64,000 nt of DNA from an uncultured Thermoplasmatales archaeon (GCA_964410735.1 CAYPIF010000052.1:7132-71131); one strand, 5' to 3'; positions 16,852 to 26,891 are shown, numbered from the stretch's first letter. The notes: generated by a model from the sequence alone, not told the origin. Program-made: numbers and translations.

Positions 16852-18279
16852 ATGTGTGGTATTGTCGGCTTCATTGGGGGCAAACCTGTTTCACGTTTGA
16901 TCTATCATGGCTTATTTGCTATTCAACATCGTGGTCAGTCCTCAGCGGGTAAATTAACATATGATGGGAACATCCATGTGACAAAGGATGCAGGACTTGT
17001 TCGTGATATATTCAATGATGAGAAAAAGATTGATACACCCGGTAATGTTGGCCTTGGTCATACGCGGTATTCAACAGCGGGGATGGATGATGTTGAGTCT
17101 TTGAAGAAAAATGCTCAACCTGAATATCTTGTCAATCCTTTTTTAGCAGCGGTTCATAACGGGAATGTTATCAACTGTGGGGAAGTGAAGAATCATACCC
17201 AACGGATGCCAAGGACTGATTGTGATATCCAATGTTTATTGTTGCCAATGGCGGATCAGTTATACAAAAAGGAACTTTCTGTGGATGTGCTCTTTAAAGC
17301 ATGTGAGACGGTCATGAAACAAGTGAAGGGGAGTTATTCAAGTTTGTTCTTGGCAGACTCTGGTGATAACCCATATCTTTTCGCTATCACCGATCCTCAT
17401 AAGATCAGGCCACTTGTGTTGGGAAAACAAGATGGTATGTATTGTCTAACCTCAGAGACAAGGGTGTTTAAGAAAGCAAATTTTGAATATGTGAAGGATA
17501 TCCCGGGTGGTTCGGCTATCATTATTGATTCAGAGGGAAACATCTTTGAGAAACAGATCATCAAGAAACAAGAGACCCCTTGTATGTTCGAGTTTGTTTA
17601 TTTCGCAAAACCTGATTCACGGATACGTGGCAGATCGGTTCATGATGTCCGTGTGCAACTTGGCCGGTTACTTGCGAAGAAATATTCTGTGAAAGCTGAT
17701 ATTGTGGTCCCTGTCCCTGAGTCAGGTCGCCGATATGCGTTAGGGTATTCCCTGGAATCAGGTATTCCTTTAGACGAGGGTATCATGAAGGATAAAGCGG
17801 AACGATCATTTATTCAACAAAGGCAGGAAAGCAGGGATAGGGTGGTTCAAGAAGGTCTTTCTTTCCTTCGAGCGGTGATGGAGGATAAAAAGGTGATCAT
17901 TGTTGATGATTCGATTGTTAGAGGTACCAATGTTCGTAGACTTGTTGAAGGTGTTCGAAGAGCAGGTGCAAAAGAGGTTCATATCCGAATTGGATGTCCG
18001 CCATTGATAGCCCCGTGTTATCTGGGTATTGATATGCGCAGTCGAAAGGAATTCCTTGCTCGAGATGAGGCGGGTAGTATCAAAACATGGGATCAGATCT
18101 GCGAACAGATCGGTGCTGATTCCCTTGCGTATATCGAGAGCGATGATCTGGAAAAGGTCATTGGTTTCCCTGTATGCAAAGGTTGTGTTGATTTCCCTAA
18201 TGGGTATCCAAAGGAACTGAAAAAGACCGTTCTTGAGTTGTATGAAAAAGATAAGGATGGGAAACGAGCATACGAATGA
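16852..18279 (+). CDS. purF: Amidophosphoribosyltransferase (class II glutamine amidotransferase)
   Basis: N-terminal MCGIVGF (catalytic Cys after the initiator Met), PRPP-binding VIIVDDSIVRGTN, and a C-terminal Cys-rich segment (CPPLIAPCYLGID). Confidence 0.85.
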   Translation: MCGIVGFIGGKPVSRLIYHGLFAIQHRGQSSAGKLTYDGNIHVTKDAGLVRDIFNDEKKIDTPGNVGLGHTRYSTAGMDDVESLKKNAQPEYLVNPFLAAVHNGNVINCGEVKNHTQRMPRTDCDIQCLLLPMADQLYKKELSVDVLFKACETVMKQVKGSYSSLFLADSGDNPYLFAITDPHKIRPLVLGKQDGMYCLTSETRVFKKANFEYVKDIPGGSAIIIDSEGNIFEKQIIKKQETPCMFEFVYFAKPDSRIRGRSVHDVRVQLGRLLAKKYSVKADIVVPVPESGRRYALGYSLESGIPLDEGIMKDKAERSFIQQRQESRDRVVQEGLSFLRAVMEDKKVIIVDDSIVRGTNVRRLVEGVRRAGAKEVHIRIGCPPLIAPCYLGIDMRSRKEFLARDEAGSIKTWDQICEQIGADSLAYIESDDLEKVIGFPVCKGCVDFPNGYPKELKKTVLELYEKDKDGKRAYE

Positions 18280-18318
18280 TAAAAGGGTATTTCAACCCAT
18301 TTTCTTTTCTATTATCCC

Positions 18319-18630
18319 ATGATCGAGATAACCGGTGGTACGACGGAGGAACAGATCATTGATATCCTTCAGAATAATTATCCTGTTACTGTGGAGGATA
18401 TTGAAAAAAAACTTCATTTATCTCATGATATCATTATTCGAGTGTTGAATCGTTTCCAAGTGAAAGGTATCGTACAATTGGAACCGTTACCAGATACTAC
18501 CTATGTTCGACTGTTACGACATGATATTAAAATAGTTACAAAGAGACGTCAGAAGAAATTCATCAAACATCATCAACGCCCACAGCAATATGTCCCTAAG
18601 GATCCTGATGATGATCGAATGTATGTTTAA
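18319..18630 (+). CDS. Small winged-helix-like protein (hypothetical regulator)
   Basis: 103 aa; VTVEDIEKKLHLSHDIIIRVLNRFQVKGIV resembles a wHTH. Basic C-terminal tail. Confidence 0.4.
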   Translation: MIEITGGTTEEQIIDILQNNYPVTVEDIEKKLHLSHDIIIRVLNRFQVKGIVQLEPLPDTTYVRLLRHDIKIVTKRRQKKFIKHHQRPQQYVPKDPDDDRMYV

Positions 18631-18815
18631 GAGAAAAATTCCACGATATTTACCCAATTGATGACGATTTCATCTGGTACTTGTTTTTTCCTTTTATGGT
18701 GCGTGTTCTTCATGGTCCACCCTTGTATAGTATTTTTCACAATGATGATATTTAAAGTATTGGTGGAATTTTCTCAAAATATGAGTATTGATCTTGAAAT
18801 GAAAACCATGTCTTT

Positions 18816-19217
18816 TTAGTCAATGACCTGGATCACATGGTTATCCACAATGAGGAACTCAACAAGTTCATTATTTGTTTTTATTTCTTTAAGAAGCTCA
18901 TAATTAAGGATATGTTCATAATCGGCGACGATGCGTGATCCAGAGGGGGACCATCCACTTATCTTGACAGTGTCCACTGTGAAATCATTCACGCTTCCTA
19001 ATATCGTAAAAGATGTTGCCTTTGTATGAAATGAACAGTTTATGCATTCTATTACAGAATTATATGAATTATAGGGATTCTGCCAATCTTCGATTGGGTC
19101 CAATTGAACGACGATGAGTTCACCACCACATTTTGGGCAGATCAATGATCCCATTTGTTTGTGGTCCCATAACCCTGCATGAATACGTGCTGTTGTATGA
19201 TGCCCCATATCCAACAC
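18816..19217 (-). CDS. Hypothetical protein with zinc-ribbon (CPKCGG...CINCS)
   Basis: ORF with CxxC...CxxC spacing; nothing else recognisable. Confidence 0.4.
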   Translation of the reverse strand: MLDMGHHTTARIHAGLWDHKQMGSLICPKCGGELIVVQLDPIEDWQNPYNSYNSVIECINCSFHTKATSFTILGSVNDFTVDTVKISGWSPSGSRIVADYEHILNYELLKEIKTNNELVEFLIVDNHVIQVID

Positions 19218-19352
19218 TTACCCCAACTTTTCTATCGTACATGATTTAATGACTTCTTACATAAATAGTTTTTGAAAAAATCTGTTTTAAATGATGCCGT
19301 TATATTAATATGAACGATATTCCATTCATTTTTTTAGAAGGAATGATGATAT

Positions 19353-20171
19353 ATGAATGTTCTTACGTTTCTTTCGGATTTTGGTATAAAAAATAGTTAT
19401 GTTGCTCAGATGAAGGGTGTTGCATTATCCATTGCCTCTCAGGTAAAATGTTATGATATCTGTCATCAGGTGCCAGCTCATGATATTGAAAGTGGTGCGT
19501 TTCTCTTAAGAAGTGCAGTAGATTTTTACCCAAAGGGAACTGTTCATGTTGCGGTTGTCGATCCCGGTGTGGGAACAAGCAGAAAAGGTATTGTTGTTCT
19601 CACACAGAAACATATCTTTGTAGGTCCGGATAATGGATTGTTGATCCCTGCTGCTCGCTCTCAAGGGAGTTTCCGTGTGTTTGAGATAACCAATCCTCGT
19701 TTACAAAGGATTCAACTCTCCAAAACATTCCATGGCCGGGATATTTTTACGCCTGTTGCATCACATATTATCAATGGTATCTCCTTTGATACTATTGGTC
19801 CTCAGATACAGGATTTTGTTGATCTGCAGTTCCCCGTTGCAATAAAAAATGAGGCAGGGTTTGAAGCAAAGGTGTTATATGTGGATGATTTTGGGAATAT
19901 CATAACAAACATTGAGCATCAGCAAATAAAAGACATGATCTCAACTGGTGCTCAGTTACTTCTCAGGTCCGGTGCAAAGGAAACCCCTATTAAATTAGTT
20001 GATTCATATGGTTTTGTTGAGAAAGGTGAACTTCTTGCAACCGTTGGCAGTAGTGGGTTTTTAGAGATCAGTGTGAACCAGGGAAATGCTTCTATACTTT
20101 TGAAGAAAGAGCGAAAAGATACGATCACTTTGGATTTCATAGACATTTCAAAAGATGATCATGTTCTGTAA
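19353..20171 (+). CDS. SAM hydroxide adenosyltransferase family protein (DUF62; SalL/fluorinase-like fold)
   Basis: N-terminal LTFLSDFG, VVDPGVGT, and VDDFGNIITNI motifs characteristic of the S-adenosyl-L-methionine hydrolase/halogenase family. Confidence 0.75.
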   Translation: MNVLTFLSDFGIKNSYVAQMKGVALSIASQVKCYDICHQVPAHDIESGAFLLRSAVDFYPKGTVHVAVVDPGVGTSRKGIVVLTQKHIFVGPDNGLLIPAARSQGSFRVFEITNPRLQRIQLSKTFHGRDIFTPVASHIINGISFDTIGPQIQDFVDLQFPVAIKNEAGFEAKVLYVDDFGNIITNIEHQQIKDMISTGAQLLLRSGAKETPIKLVDSYGFVEKGELLATVGSSGFLEISVNQGNASILLKKERKDTITLDFIDISKDDHVL

Positions 20172-20188
20172 GAATAATCTGATCTCTC

Positions 20189-20413
20189 CTAAAATTTAAG
20201 ATGGGCATCAAGAAGCCCATGTCCGTAATTGATGCACCCAAATGCGGTAAAATAATCTTTTTTTACATCTAAATAGTATTTCGCATCCGAATAATATTGA
20301 GTCGCAAGAGTGATACAGGGATGTTGTAGCAGTTGTTCATCTTTTTCTTTGAGCGTTCTAATGTTTTCCTCAAACATCACTATGTCCTTTTTGATTCGTG
20401 TTTGTTCATCCAT
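20189..20413 (-). CDS. Small conserved archaeal protein (possibly DUF357-like)
   Basis: 74 aa; C-terminal FGCINYGHGLLDAHL block. The family assignment is from memory, not verified. Confidence 0.4.
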   Translation of the reverse strand: MDEQTRIKKDIVMFEENIRTLKEKDEQLLQHPCITLATQYYSDAKYYLDVKKDYFTAFGCINYGHGLLDAHLKF

Positions 20414-20650
20414 AGGTTATCAGTACAGAAAAAGAAGGAAGATGTTCTTTTAATTTTGTATGTAAATACCAGGGGATGAAAAGATTTTTTTTTATCCAGC
20501 TGCTCCTCGCTTTTTCCGGTTCTATCATCTCTTTATTTCTCTTATTCTTCAATCAAATATGGTCCCTTACTACATGTAGTGCTCTACATCAAGAAACCTC
20601 CATTTTATCTATGAATCTCCTTTTTTTGTCGCTTTCATTCCGATAAAATG

Positions 20651-20675
20651 TTTTGTCGTTTCGACGACGACAAAA
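20651..20675. promoter_or_regulatory. Perfect 9-bp inverted repeat (TTTTGTCGT-N7-ACGACAAAA) just upstream of a TATA-like TTTAAAT, ahead of the wHTH regulator/MMPL transporter operon
   Basis: ttttgtcgt ttcgacg acgacaaaa at 20651-20675. TATA-like tatttaaat follows at about 20684-20692. The regulator gene starts at 20746. Confidence 0.4.
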
Positions 20676-20745
20676 TGGAAAAGTATTTAAATTGGCAAAT
20701 CAACATTTTTTATGAATTTTATTTAATAAAAATGGTGTTTACTCA

Positions 20746-21153
20746 ATGGGGAAAACTGGGATGCCAAAAAACAAACGTCTTGAACTCGCGATTCGCGATA
20801 TCCTTAAATCCCAGTCTCAATCTAGGATTTATCTCTATCTTTTAAGAAAAAATGAAGCAAAGACAGAGGATATCATCAAAGGAACCCATTTACATCCAAG
20901 CACGGTAAGAGAAACATTAGCTAAGATGTACTCTGCAAAGTTGATCTTTCGAAAAAAACTAAAGAATGATAACATCGGAAAGAATCCCTTTTTGTATTAT
21001 CCTCTTCCCCCTTTGGATCTGATAAAACGATATGCCTCTGAGATCGAGGATCGATTGAACAATATCGCTAGCTTTGCATCACAAAAAGCGCCAGTTGAGG
21101 AATCATTTAGGCCGGTGAAAATAAAGATCTCTAACCGAGACGAGATAAAATGA
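20746..21153 (+). CDS. Winged-helix transcriptional regulator (TrmB/MarR-like)
   Basis: wHTH core ILKSQSQSRIYLYLLRKNEAKTEDIIKGTHLHPSTVRETLAKM. Overlaps the downstream transporter start (ATGA). Confidence 0.6.
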   Translation: MGKTGMPKNKRLELAIRDILKSQSQSRIYLYLLRKNEAKTEDIIKGTHLHPSTVRETLAKMYSAKLIFRKKLKNDNIGKNPFLYYPLPPLDLIKRYASEIEDRLNNIASFASQKAPVEESFRPVKIKISNRDEIK

Positions 21154-23396
21154 ACATTCGACCACTTGCAAAATTACTTGTCACCCGACCACGTACGGTC
21201 ATCATAGCCTATACGCTGTTGACACTTGTTGTTGCAAGTAAAGCTACCAATATTTACATGGAATCCGATTTGACCTCGTTTCTCCCATCATCTGATCCAA
21301 CGGTACAACTTTGGCAGAAGATGAATGATGAATTCCAAATCGGGAATATTATCATCATCTATGTTGAGGCCGATGATGTACGCAGCCCTGAGGTGTTACA
21401 AGAGATGGATAGGGTTACGACGTATTCTCTTGTTAATAAATATGAAAGTGATAACGGGGTCTATGATGGCATCTACTCGGCGAAGAGCCTTGCCCAATAC
21501 ATAAAAGAGGAAAACGGGAAATCTGAGATACCGGGGGGTCTTGGTGGAACTGGTGTCTATGAAGTACCTGATGATTCTTCTTTGATTTTCAAATATATGT
21601 CACGGTTGACGATACAAGAGGTCAAAGGAACATTGTTCACCAATGATTACAAGGTTGCTGTGATTTTGCTGCAACTTTCAGAGGATGCGAATTATGATGA
21701 GATCCAACAACGGGTTGAGGAAGCGATTGCACGGAGAGGCACGTTTTTCACTGAGATGACGATAACCGGGACCACTGCGATGCAGAATGCTATACGTGAT
21801 AATAGCATGGAATATTTCCAAATTATTTTTATCATCGCTATTGCTTTTGTATCAATTGTTCTCCTGATATTCCATCGAACGATCAAAGGTGTCATCATTG
21901 CGTTGTTTCCAATGGCGTATTCGATAGCGTTGACCTTTGGTGTACTTGGATCAATACAACCTGAATTAACATTGTTATCTATTTCGATTATTGCCTTGCT
22001 CCTAGGGTTAGGCGTTGATTATTCTGTTCACTTGATGAATCGATTTGCTGAAGAACAAGCCAAGGCTACTGACGTCATTGATCAGACCGAAACGATTCTA
22101 CGGACCTCGGGGAAGGCGATTTTACTTTCAACTGTTACAACGATAATCGGTTTTGCATCTTTGATGATATCAAGTATGTATCCGATTGTGTTGTTTGGTT
22201 TTGGTTGTGCTATAGGGATACTTTTTTCATTTATATCCACGGTGATATTGACGCCATCTTTGTCTGTAATGTTAAAATTCAAACGAGATGGTCAGATACC
22301 TCGATGGGATAAACTCGCGGAGATCATCATGGACAATAAGATGCGAATCATTGTTATTGCAGTGTTTTTTGCAATAATGTCATTATTGGTCCTACCTCAG
22401 ACAGAAACAGATGTCAATTATCTTGATATGGCGCCTCAGGGGATACCCGAGGTGGACAAACTGATTGAGTATTCAGAGAATTTTGGTGGAGCTAGCTTTA
22501 ACGCACTTCTTATAGAAACGGAACCTCAAGGTTTGACGTATCCGGAGGTCATTGATGCGATTTATGAGATGGAAGAGGAAATGAGAATGAATGACATCGA
22601 TCTGTACTCTGTGGCCGATGGTGTGAAACAGGTTAATGATATCCTCGAAAGAAATGAGATCATCTCGAGTCTTAGCGAATATGCTGGTGTCGATGAGATC
22701 ATCTTTGATCGTGTTGCTCAAGAAGGATTGGTCGATAAGGATTTTTCAAAAACAATCATCCTTGTCTATATACCCACTGGCCTAAGTATGGAGGATATTG
22801 AAAAGAAAGTGACCATTATCAATAGTATCGCAGCAAGTACAGAGATACCTCATAATGGGCATATCTCTGAACTCACCGGTCAAGATGCGATCAATGTGGC
22901 TATTAATAAGAAACTTACAGATGAACAGACCCAATCGATGATCATAGCGATTCTTTTGGTTCTTGCAGCATTGATCTTTATTTTTAGTTCTTCGCTTTAT
23001 GGTTTCCTCACCATGATACCAGTTGCATTTGTATTGATGTGGGAACCTGGTTTCTTGGTCGGATTTAACATTCCTCTGAATGTGATTACGATATCGATTG
23101 CTTCTATTATGATAGGTATTGGCATCGATTATGGTGTGCATATTACCCTTAGGGTCCGTGAGGAGATGGAAAATGGGCTGTCTAAATCAAAGGCGACAAA
23201 AGTTGCCATCGAACGAACTGGTTTATCACTTACAGAAGCAGCATTGACAACTGTTGCAGGTATCGGGGCGATGTTCTTTGTCAATATCCCAGCTTTACAG
23301 GAATTTGCGATCGTCATCATATTAATGACCGCGTTTTCTTGTGTTGGTGCAGTTTTGATCCTACCGGGCTTTTATGGTTTAAAATTCCTCAAATAA
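21150..23396 (+). CDS. MMPL/RND-superfamily membrane transporter (two 6-TM bundles with large extracytoplasmic loops)
   Basis: Duplicated MMPL signature LGLGVDYSVHLMNRF / IGIGIDYGVHITLRV, 748 aa, with a 1 TM + loop + 5 TM organisation repeated twice. Confidence 0.75.
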   Translation: MNIRPLAKLLVTRPRTVIIAYTLLTLVVASKATNIYMESDLTSFLPSSDPTVQLWQKMNDEFQIGNIIIIYVEADDVRSPEVLQEMDRVTTYSLVNKYESDNGVYDGIYSAKSLAQYIKEENGKSEIPGGLGGTGVYEVPDDSSLIFKYMSRLTIQEVKGTLFTNDYKVAVILLQLSEDANYDEIQQRVEEAIARRGTFFTEMTITGTTAMQNAIRDNSMEYFQIIFIIAIAFVSIVLLIFHRTIKGVIIALFPMAYSIALTFGVLGSIQPELTLLSISIIALLLGLGVDYSVHLMNRFAEEQAKATDVIDQTETILRTSGKAILLSTVTTIIGFASLMISSMYPIVLFGFGCAIGILFSFISTVILTPSLSVMLKFKRDGQIPRWDKLAEIIMDNKMRIIVIAVFFAIMSLLVLPQTETDVNYLDMAPQGIPEVDKLIEYSENFGGASFNALLIETEPQGLTYPEVIDAIYEMEEEMRMNDIDLYSVADGVKQVNDILERNEIISSLSEYAGVDEIIFDRVAQEGLVDKDFSKTIILVYIPTGLSMEDIEKKVTIINSIAASTEIPHNGHISELTGQDAINVAINKKLTDEQTQSMIIAILLVLAALIFIFSSSLYGFLTMIPVAFVLMWEPGFLVGFNIPLNVITISIASIMIGIGIDYGVHITLRVREEMENGLSKSKATKVAIERTGLSLTEAALTTVAGIGAMFFVNIPALQEFAIVIILMTAFSCVGAVLILPGFYGLKFLK

Positions 23397-23479
23397 GAAT
23401 ATTCTGGAGTTTCCGTTATCAAGGCGAAAAGGTAATTACAATTGTGTTAGATTAAAAAATAAAATTGTGGTTTAGGACA

Positions 23480-24214
23480 TTACGGTGTATCACTGATTAT
23501 CTCTCTTTCTAGGGTCATGATGCCCTGCGTGCTACCAACAATGACCTGATGAACAAGACCAATGAAAAGCCCGTTCTCAACGACTCCGGGTATCATGTTG
23601 ATATCCTGTTCCATCTGCTCTGGATTAAGGATCCTCTCAAATTCGCAATCTAAGATGTAATTACCATTATCGGTTATGAATGGGTCATCCATGATCTTTC
23701 GTAAAGTGACCTCGCAGCCAAATGCTTCAAGAGCATGTTTTGTAGCCTCCCATTCGAATTTTACAACTTCGACAGGTAATGGAAAATCAATACCCAACAT
23801 TTTCACGACCTTTGAATCATCCACAACAATAATCAATCGTTTTGAGTTAAATGCTATTATCTTCTCCCGTGTTAATGCCCCTCCGCCTCCTTTGATAAGA
23901 TTGAGATTCGAGTCTACTTCATCAGCTCCATCGATTGTAAGATCGGCCTCTGGATGATCTTTTAATGAGGTAAGTGGGATTTTCTCTTGTATCGCAAGTT
24001 TTTTTGTCTGCCCGGATGTTGGTATCCCTTGAATAGAAAGTCCATCCCTGACAAGAACACCTATTTTCTTAATAGCATATTTTACTGTTGATCCCGTCCC
24101 TAAGCCAACGATCATACCATCTTTGATTTGATCGACTGCTTTCTCGGCAGCTAGCTTCTTCATTTCTTCTTGATTCACCGATTCACCATATACCTTAATA
24201 CATCGGTAGTACAA
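23480..24214 (-). CDS. rpiA: Ribose-5-phosphate isomerase A (true start probably the internal Met near 24160)
   Basis: GLGTGSTV phosphate-binding motif, KGGGGALTREKI, and DGADEVD blocks typical of RpiA. Confidence 0.85.
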   Translation of the reverse strand: MYYRCIKVYGESVNQEEMKKLAAEKAVDQIKDGMIVGLGTGSTVKYAIKKIGVLVRDGLSIQGIPTSGQTKKLAIQEKIPLTSLKDHPEADLTIDGADEVDSNLNLIKGGGGALTREKIIAFNSKRLIIVVDDSKVVKMLGIDFPLPVEVVKFEWEATKHALEAFGCEVTLRKIMDDPFITDNGNYILDCEFERILNPEQMEQDINMIPGVVENGLFIGLVHQVIVGSTQGIMTLEREIISDTP

Positions 24215-24230
24215 AAATTTATACTAACTA

Positions 24231-24923
24231 GTGTTATTACATGGTGTGAGCGTTATGTTAGGTGAATGCAATCAACATGGATATTTCAGGGGCGAAGTAT
24301 GTCCGGTATGTGATGAAAAAGGAAAATTCCTGATGAATGATAAGGAATTAAATGCATTAAGTCGTATCATTGCAGGGGCTCTCCGCCATTTCCCGGAAAA
24401 ACTAGGGTTAATGATGGATGGTCATGGATATGTTGAGATAGCTGAACTTATCGATGCAATCGGTACGTCTCGATCAGGTTTCACCTGGTTACGTCCACAT
24501 CATATTGTTGCATTGGCCCAAACAGATCCACGTAGCAGATATCAGATAGATGGAGGTATGATCAGAGCCAAATATGGGCATTCCATCAAGGTTGATCTAA
24601 GTGATCTTCCACCTGTTTATACTGATGATTTGTACTATCCTGTTACTGAAGAAGAATCAGATATGGTCATTGAAGGTGGTATACATCCAGTTGATCGTTC
24701 AAAGGTTCATCTAAGCACAAGTCTGAAAAAGGCTGTGGAGGCGGGTGTTGTTCGGGCGGACCATCCGATGATACTAAAGGTTGATGGGGCTGCAGCTCGA
24801 AAAGATGGTGTTAATATCTATCAGGCAACCGATGATGTTTGTGTGACAGATGGCATTGATGCTAAATATCTTTCAAAGGTTGATGAGAAAGAAGTTGAAG
24901 AGATTTTGAACGAAAAGTCTTAA
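24231..24923 (+). CDS. kptA: RNA 2'-phosphotransferase (Tpt1/KptA family) with N-terminal zinc ribbon
   Basis: LSRIIAGALRHFPEKLGLMMDGHGYVEIAELI ... MIRAKYGHSIKVDL matches the Tpt1/KptA core (LRH...GL..D..GW/Y..., IRA.QGHS). The N-terminus has CNQHG...CPVCD. Confidence 0.7.
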   Translation: MLLHGVSVMLGECNQHGYFRGEVCPVCDEKGKFLMNDKELNALSRIIAGALRHFPEKLGLMMDGHGYVEIAELIDAIGTSRSGFTWLRPHHIVALAQTDPRSRYQIDGGMIRAKYGHSIKVDLSDLPPVYTDDLYYPVTEEESDMVIEGGIHPVDRSKVHLSTSLKKAVEAGVVRADHPMILKVDGAAARKDGVNIYQATDDVCVTDGIDAKYLSKVDEKEVEEILNEKS

Positions 24924-24957
24924 GAAGTATTCCTGTATTGTCGCGTAAGATTTTTAT

Positions 24958-25031
24958 GGGCTTGTAGCTCAGCTAGGTAGAGCAATCGGCTCTTAACCGA
25001 TTGGCCTGGGGTTCGAATCCCCACAAGCCCG
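24958..25031 (+). tRNA. tRNA-Lys (CTT)
   Basis: GGGCTTG TA GCTCAGCTAGGTAGAGC A ATCGG CTCTTAA CCGAT ...GGGGTTCGAATCCCC ACAAGCCC G. Clean cloverleaf, anticodon CTT, 74 nt, no encoded CCA. Confidence 0.9.
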
Positions 25032-25348
25032 TACGATCCCATTTTACATTTTTTTTCATATGATTTCATACAAAAATTGACCATTTTTAACAGTAATTAA
25101 ATTCTAATGTAAAGGAGAAATTTATTCTTATTTTGTTAAAAATTCTGGTTAGATTTGCTGCAAATGTATTTTGTTCAAATGATTCAATAATTTTAGAGAT
25201 AATTGAAAAATTTTTTTATTATTTTCATATTATCATAATTATTGTTGTTTTCAAATGTTGTCCTCATTTAAATACTCCTTGGTTTATTCTTATTTTTTTA
25301 GATAATCTTATATTACCCTTTCACATAACGTTGGTTGAACACTGGAGG

Positions 25349-25744
25349 ATGCTTGTGAGGAGCATAACGTCATTATATGGAGAGAATGCAGGGAGAATTT
25401 GGCAATTGGTCAATGAAAAAACCTCTGCAGATGAACAAACCATCAAACAATCTACGATGATGAATAAGGAAAACTTCCATGCGGCTGTAGGCTGGCTTGC
25501 CCGTGAGGACAAAATAAAAAGGACAGGGGATGTCTATAGCTTAGATTCAACAAACCTTTCACAGGATATTGGTTCTGTTGCGGGACGGGTTTGGAAGATC
25601 CTTGATATCTGGGAAGAGGCAGATTTGCAAACATTAAAAAAGCTGGCGGATATGTCAGATGAAGAAGTATATGCTGGTCTAGGGTGGCTGGCGAGAGAAG
25701 GTAAGATTGATAAAACAGAACAGGATAGATATTACCTAAAATAG
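25349..25744 (+). CDS. Small protein with two tandem winged-helix domains (repeated ...VGWLAREDKI... motif), paralog of 52259..52666
   Basis: Internal duplication FHAAVGWLAREDKIKRTGDVYSL / VYAGLGWLAREGKIDKTEQDRYYL. The ORF-track N-terminal extension (25133-25348) is AT-rich read-through. GGAGG lies just before ATG 25349, with an alternative GTG at 25355. TAG stop at 25742-25744. Confidence 0.55.
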   Translation: MLVRSITSLYGENAGRIWQLVNEKTSADEQTIKQSTMMNKENFHAAVGWLAREDKIKRTGDVYSLDSTNLSQDIGSVAGRVWKILDIWEEADLQTLKKLADMSDEEVYAGLGWLAREGKIDKTEQDRYYLK

Positions 25745-25774
25745 AACAGGTATTTGTTAACTAAAGGGTTAAGA

Positions 25775-26890
25775 ATGAAAGTCGCTATGATTGGCTGGGA
25801 ATACCCACCATTTAAGGCGGGAGGCCTTGGAACTCATTGTTATGGGCTTACCAGGGGTCTAGCCGATAAGAATGTTCATGTTGATTTCTACATGCCCAAG
25901 ACGAACAAGAGGGCGACTAGTGATAACCCTAATTTGCGGATCATTGAGGTTGGAGAGACAACTATCTTTCCGTATGATCGGCCGAATGATAAAGAACTTG
26001 AGGGTAATTTTTTCGAAAGTGTGTACCGCTATAATGATCTTGTTGTCCAGAAGGTCAATGGGAAGTATGATGCGGTTCATGTGCATGATTGGCTGACGAT
26101 GAAAGCAGGTATCCAATTAAAGGAGAAGCTTGGGGTACCGTTGATCGTTAGTGTTCATTCCACAGAATATGATCGGTCTGGTTGGTTATCCCCGAATCAA
26201 TGGTTCATAGATATTGAACGTGAGGGGATGGAAAAAGCTGATACGATCATCGCCGTGAGTCATTTCACCAAACGTATCTGCGTGGAGAAATATGGTATCG
26301 ATCCAAATAAGATCCATGTTGTCCATAATGCAGTGTACCCTCTTGGTGAACAAGAGAAGAAGGATGTTGTCCTGTTCCTTGGACGACTGACCATTCAAAA
26401 AGGACCAGAGTTCTTCTTACAAGCCGCGAAAAAGGTGCTTGATTACGGGATGAAAACACAGTTTGTTGTCGCAGGGGATGGAGATATGCTCCCACGACTG
26501 ATCGACACCGCGGTCAATCTAGGAATATCTCCTTCTGTGATATTCACCGGGTTGTTAACCGAAGAAGAGGTTCGTCATATTTACCAAATATCTAACGTGT
26601 ATGTGATGCCTTCTGTGAGTGAACCCTTTGGAATCACTGCCCTAGAAGCGATTTCTGCGGGAACACCAACGATTGTCTCGAAAACAGCGGGTGTTGCTGA
26701 GGCATTGAGCCATTGTCTTACAGTGGACTTCTGGGATGTTGATGAGATGGCAAACAAGATTATTTCGCTGTTGAAATATGATGAGCTTCACAGAACCCTT
26801 TCACGTGAGGGGAAAAAGGAGATTGATCTTTTCACTTGGGATAGAGTTGCTGATAAGACCATTGAGGTCTATAATGGAGCAATGATGTAG
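25775..26890 (+). CDS. glgA: Glycogen (alpha-glucan) synthase, GT-B glycosyltransferase
   Basis: N-terminal MKVAMIGWEYPPFKAGGLGTHCYGL (archaeal/GT5-like glycogen synthase signature) and C-terminal GT-B EPFGITALEA. TAG stop at 26888-26890. Confidence 0.75.
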   Translation: MKVAMIGWEYPPFKAGGLGTHCYGLTRGLADKNVHVDFYMPKTNKRATSDNPNLRIIEVGETTIFPYDRPNDKELEGNFFESVYRYNDLVVQKVNGKYDAVHVHDWLTMKAGIQLKEKLGVPLIVSVHSTEYDRSGWLSPNQWFIDIEREGMEKADTIIAVSHFTKRICVEKYGIDPNKIHVVHNAVYPLGEQEKKDVVLFLGRLTIQKGPEFFLQAAKKVLDYGMKTQFVVAGDGDMLPRLIDTAVNLGISPSVIFTGLLTEEEVRHIYQISNVYVMPSVSEPFGITALEAISAGTPTIVSKTAGVAEALSHCLTVDFWDVDEMANKIISLLKYDELHRTLSREGKKEIDLFTWDRVADKTIEVYNGAMM

Positions 26891-26891
26891 T

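Noticed and set aside
25133-25348. N-terminal 72-aa extension of the tandem-wHTH ORF
   Set aside because: The translation (IIIIIVVFKCCPHLN...) is AT-rich read-through with no paralog counterpart. GGAGG/ATG at 25344-25351 marks the real start.
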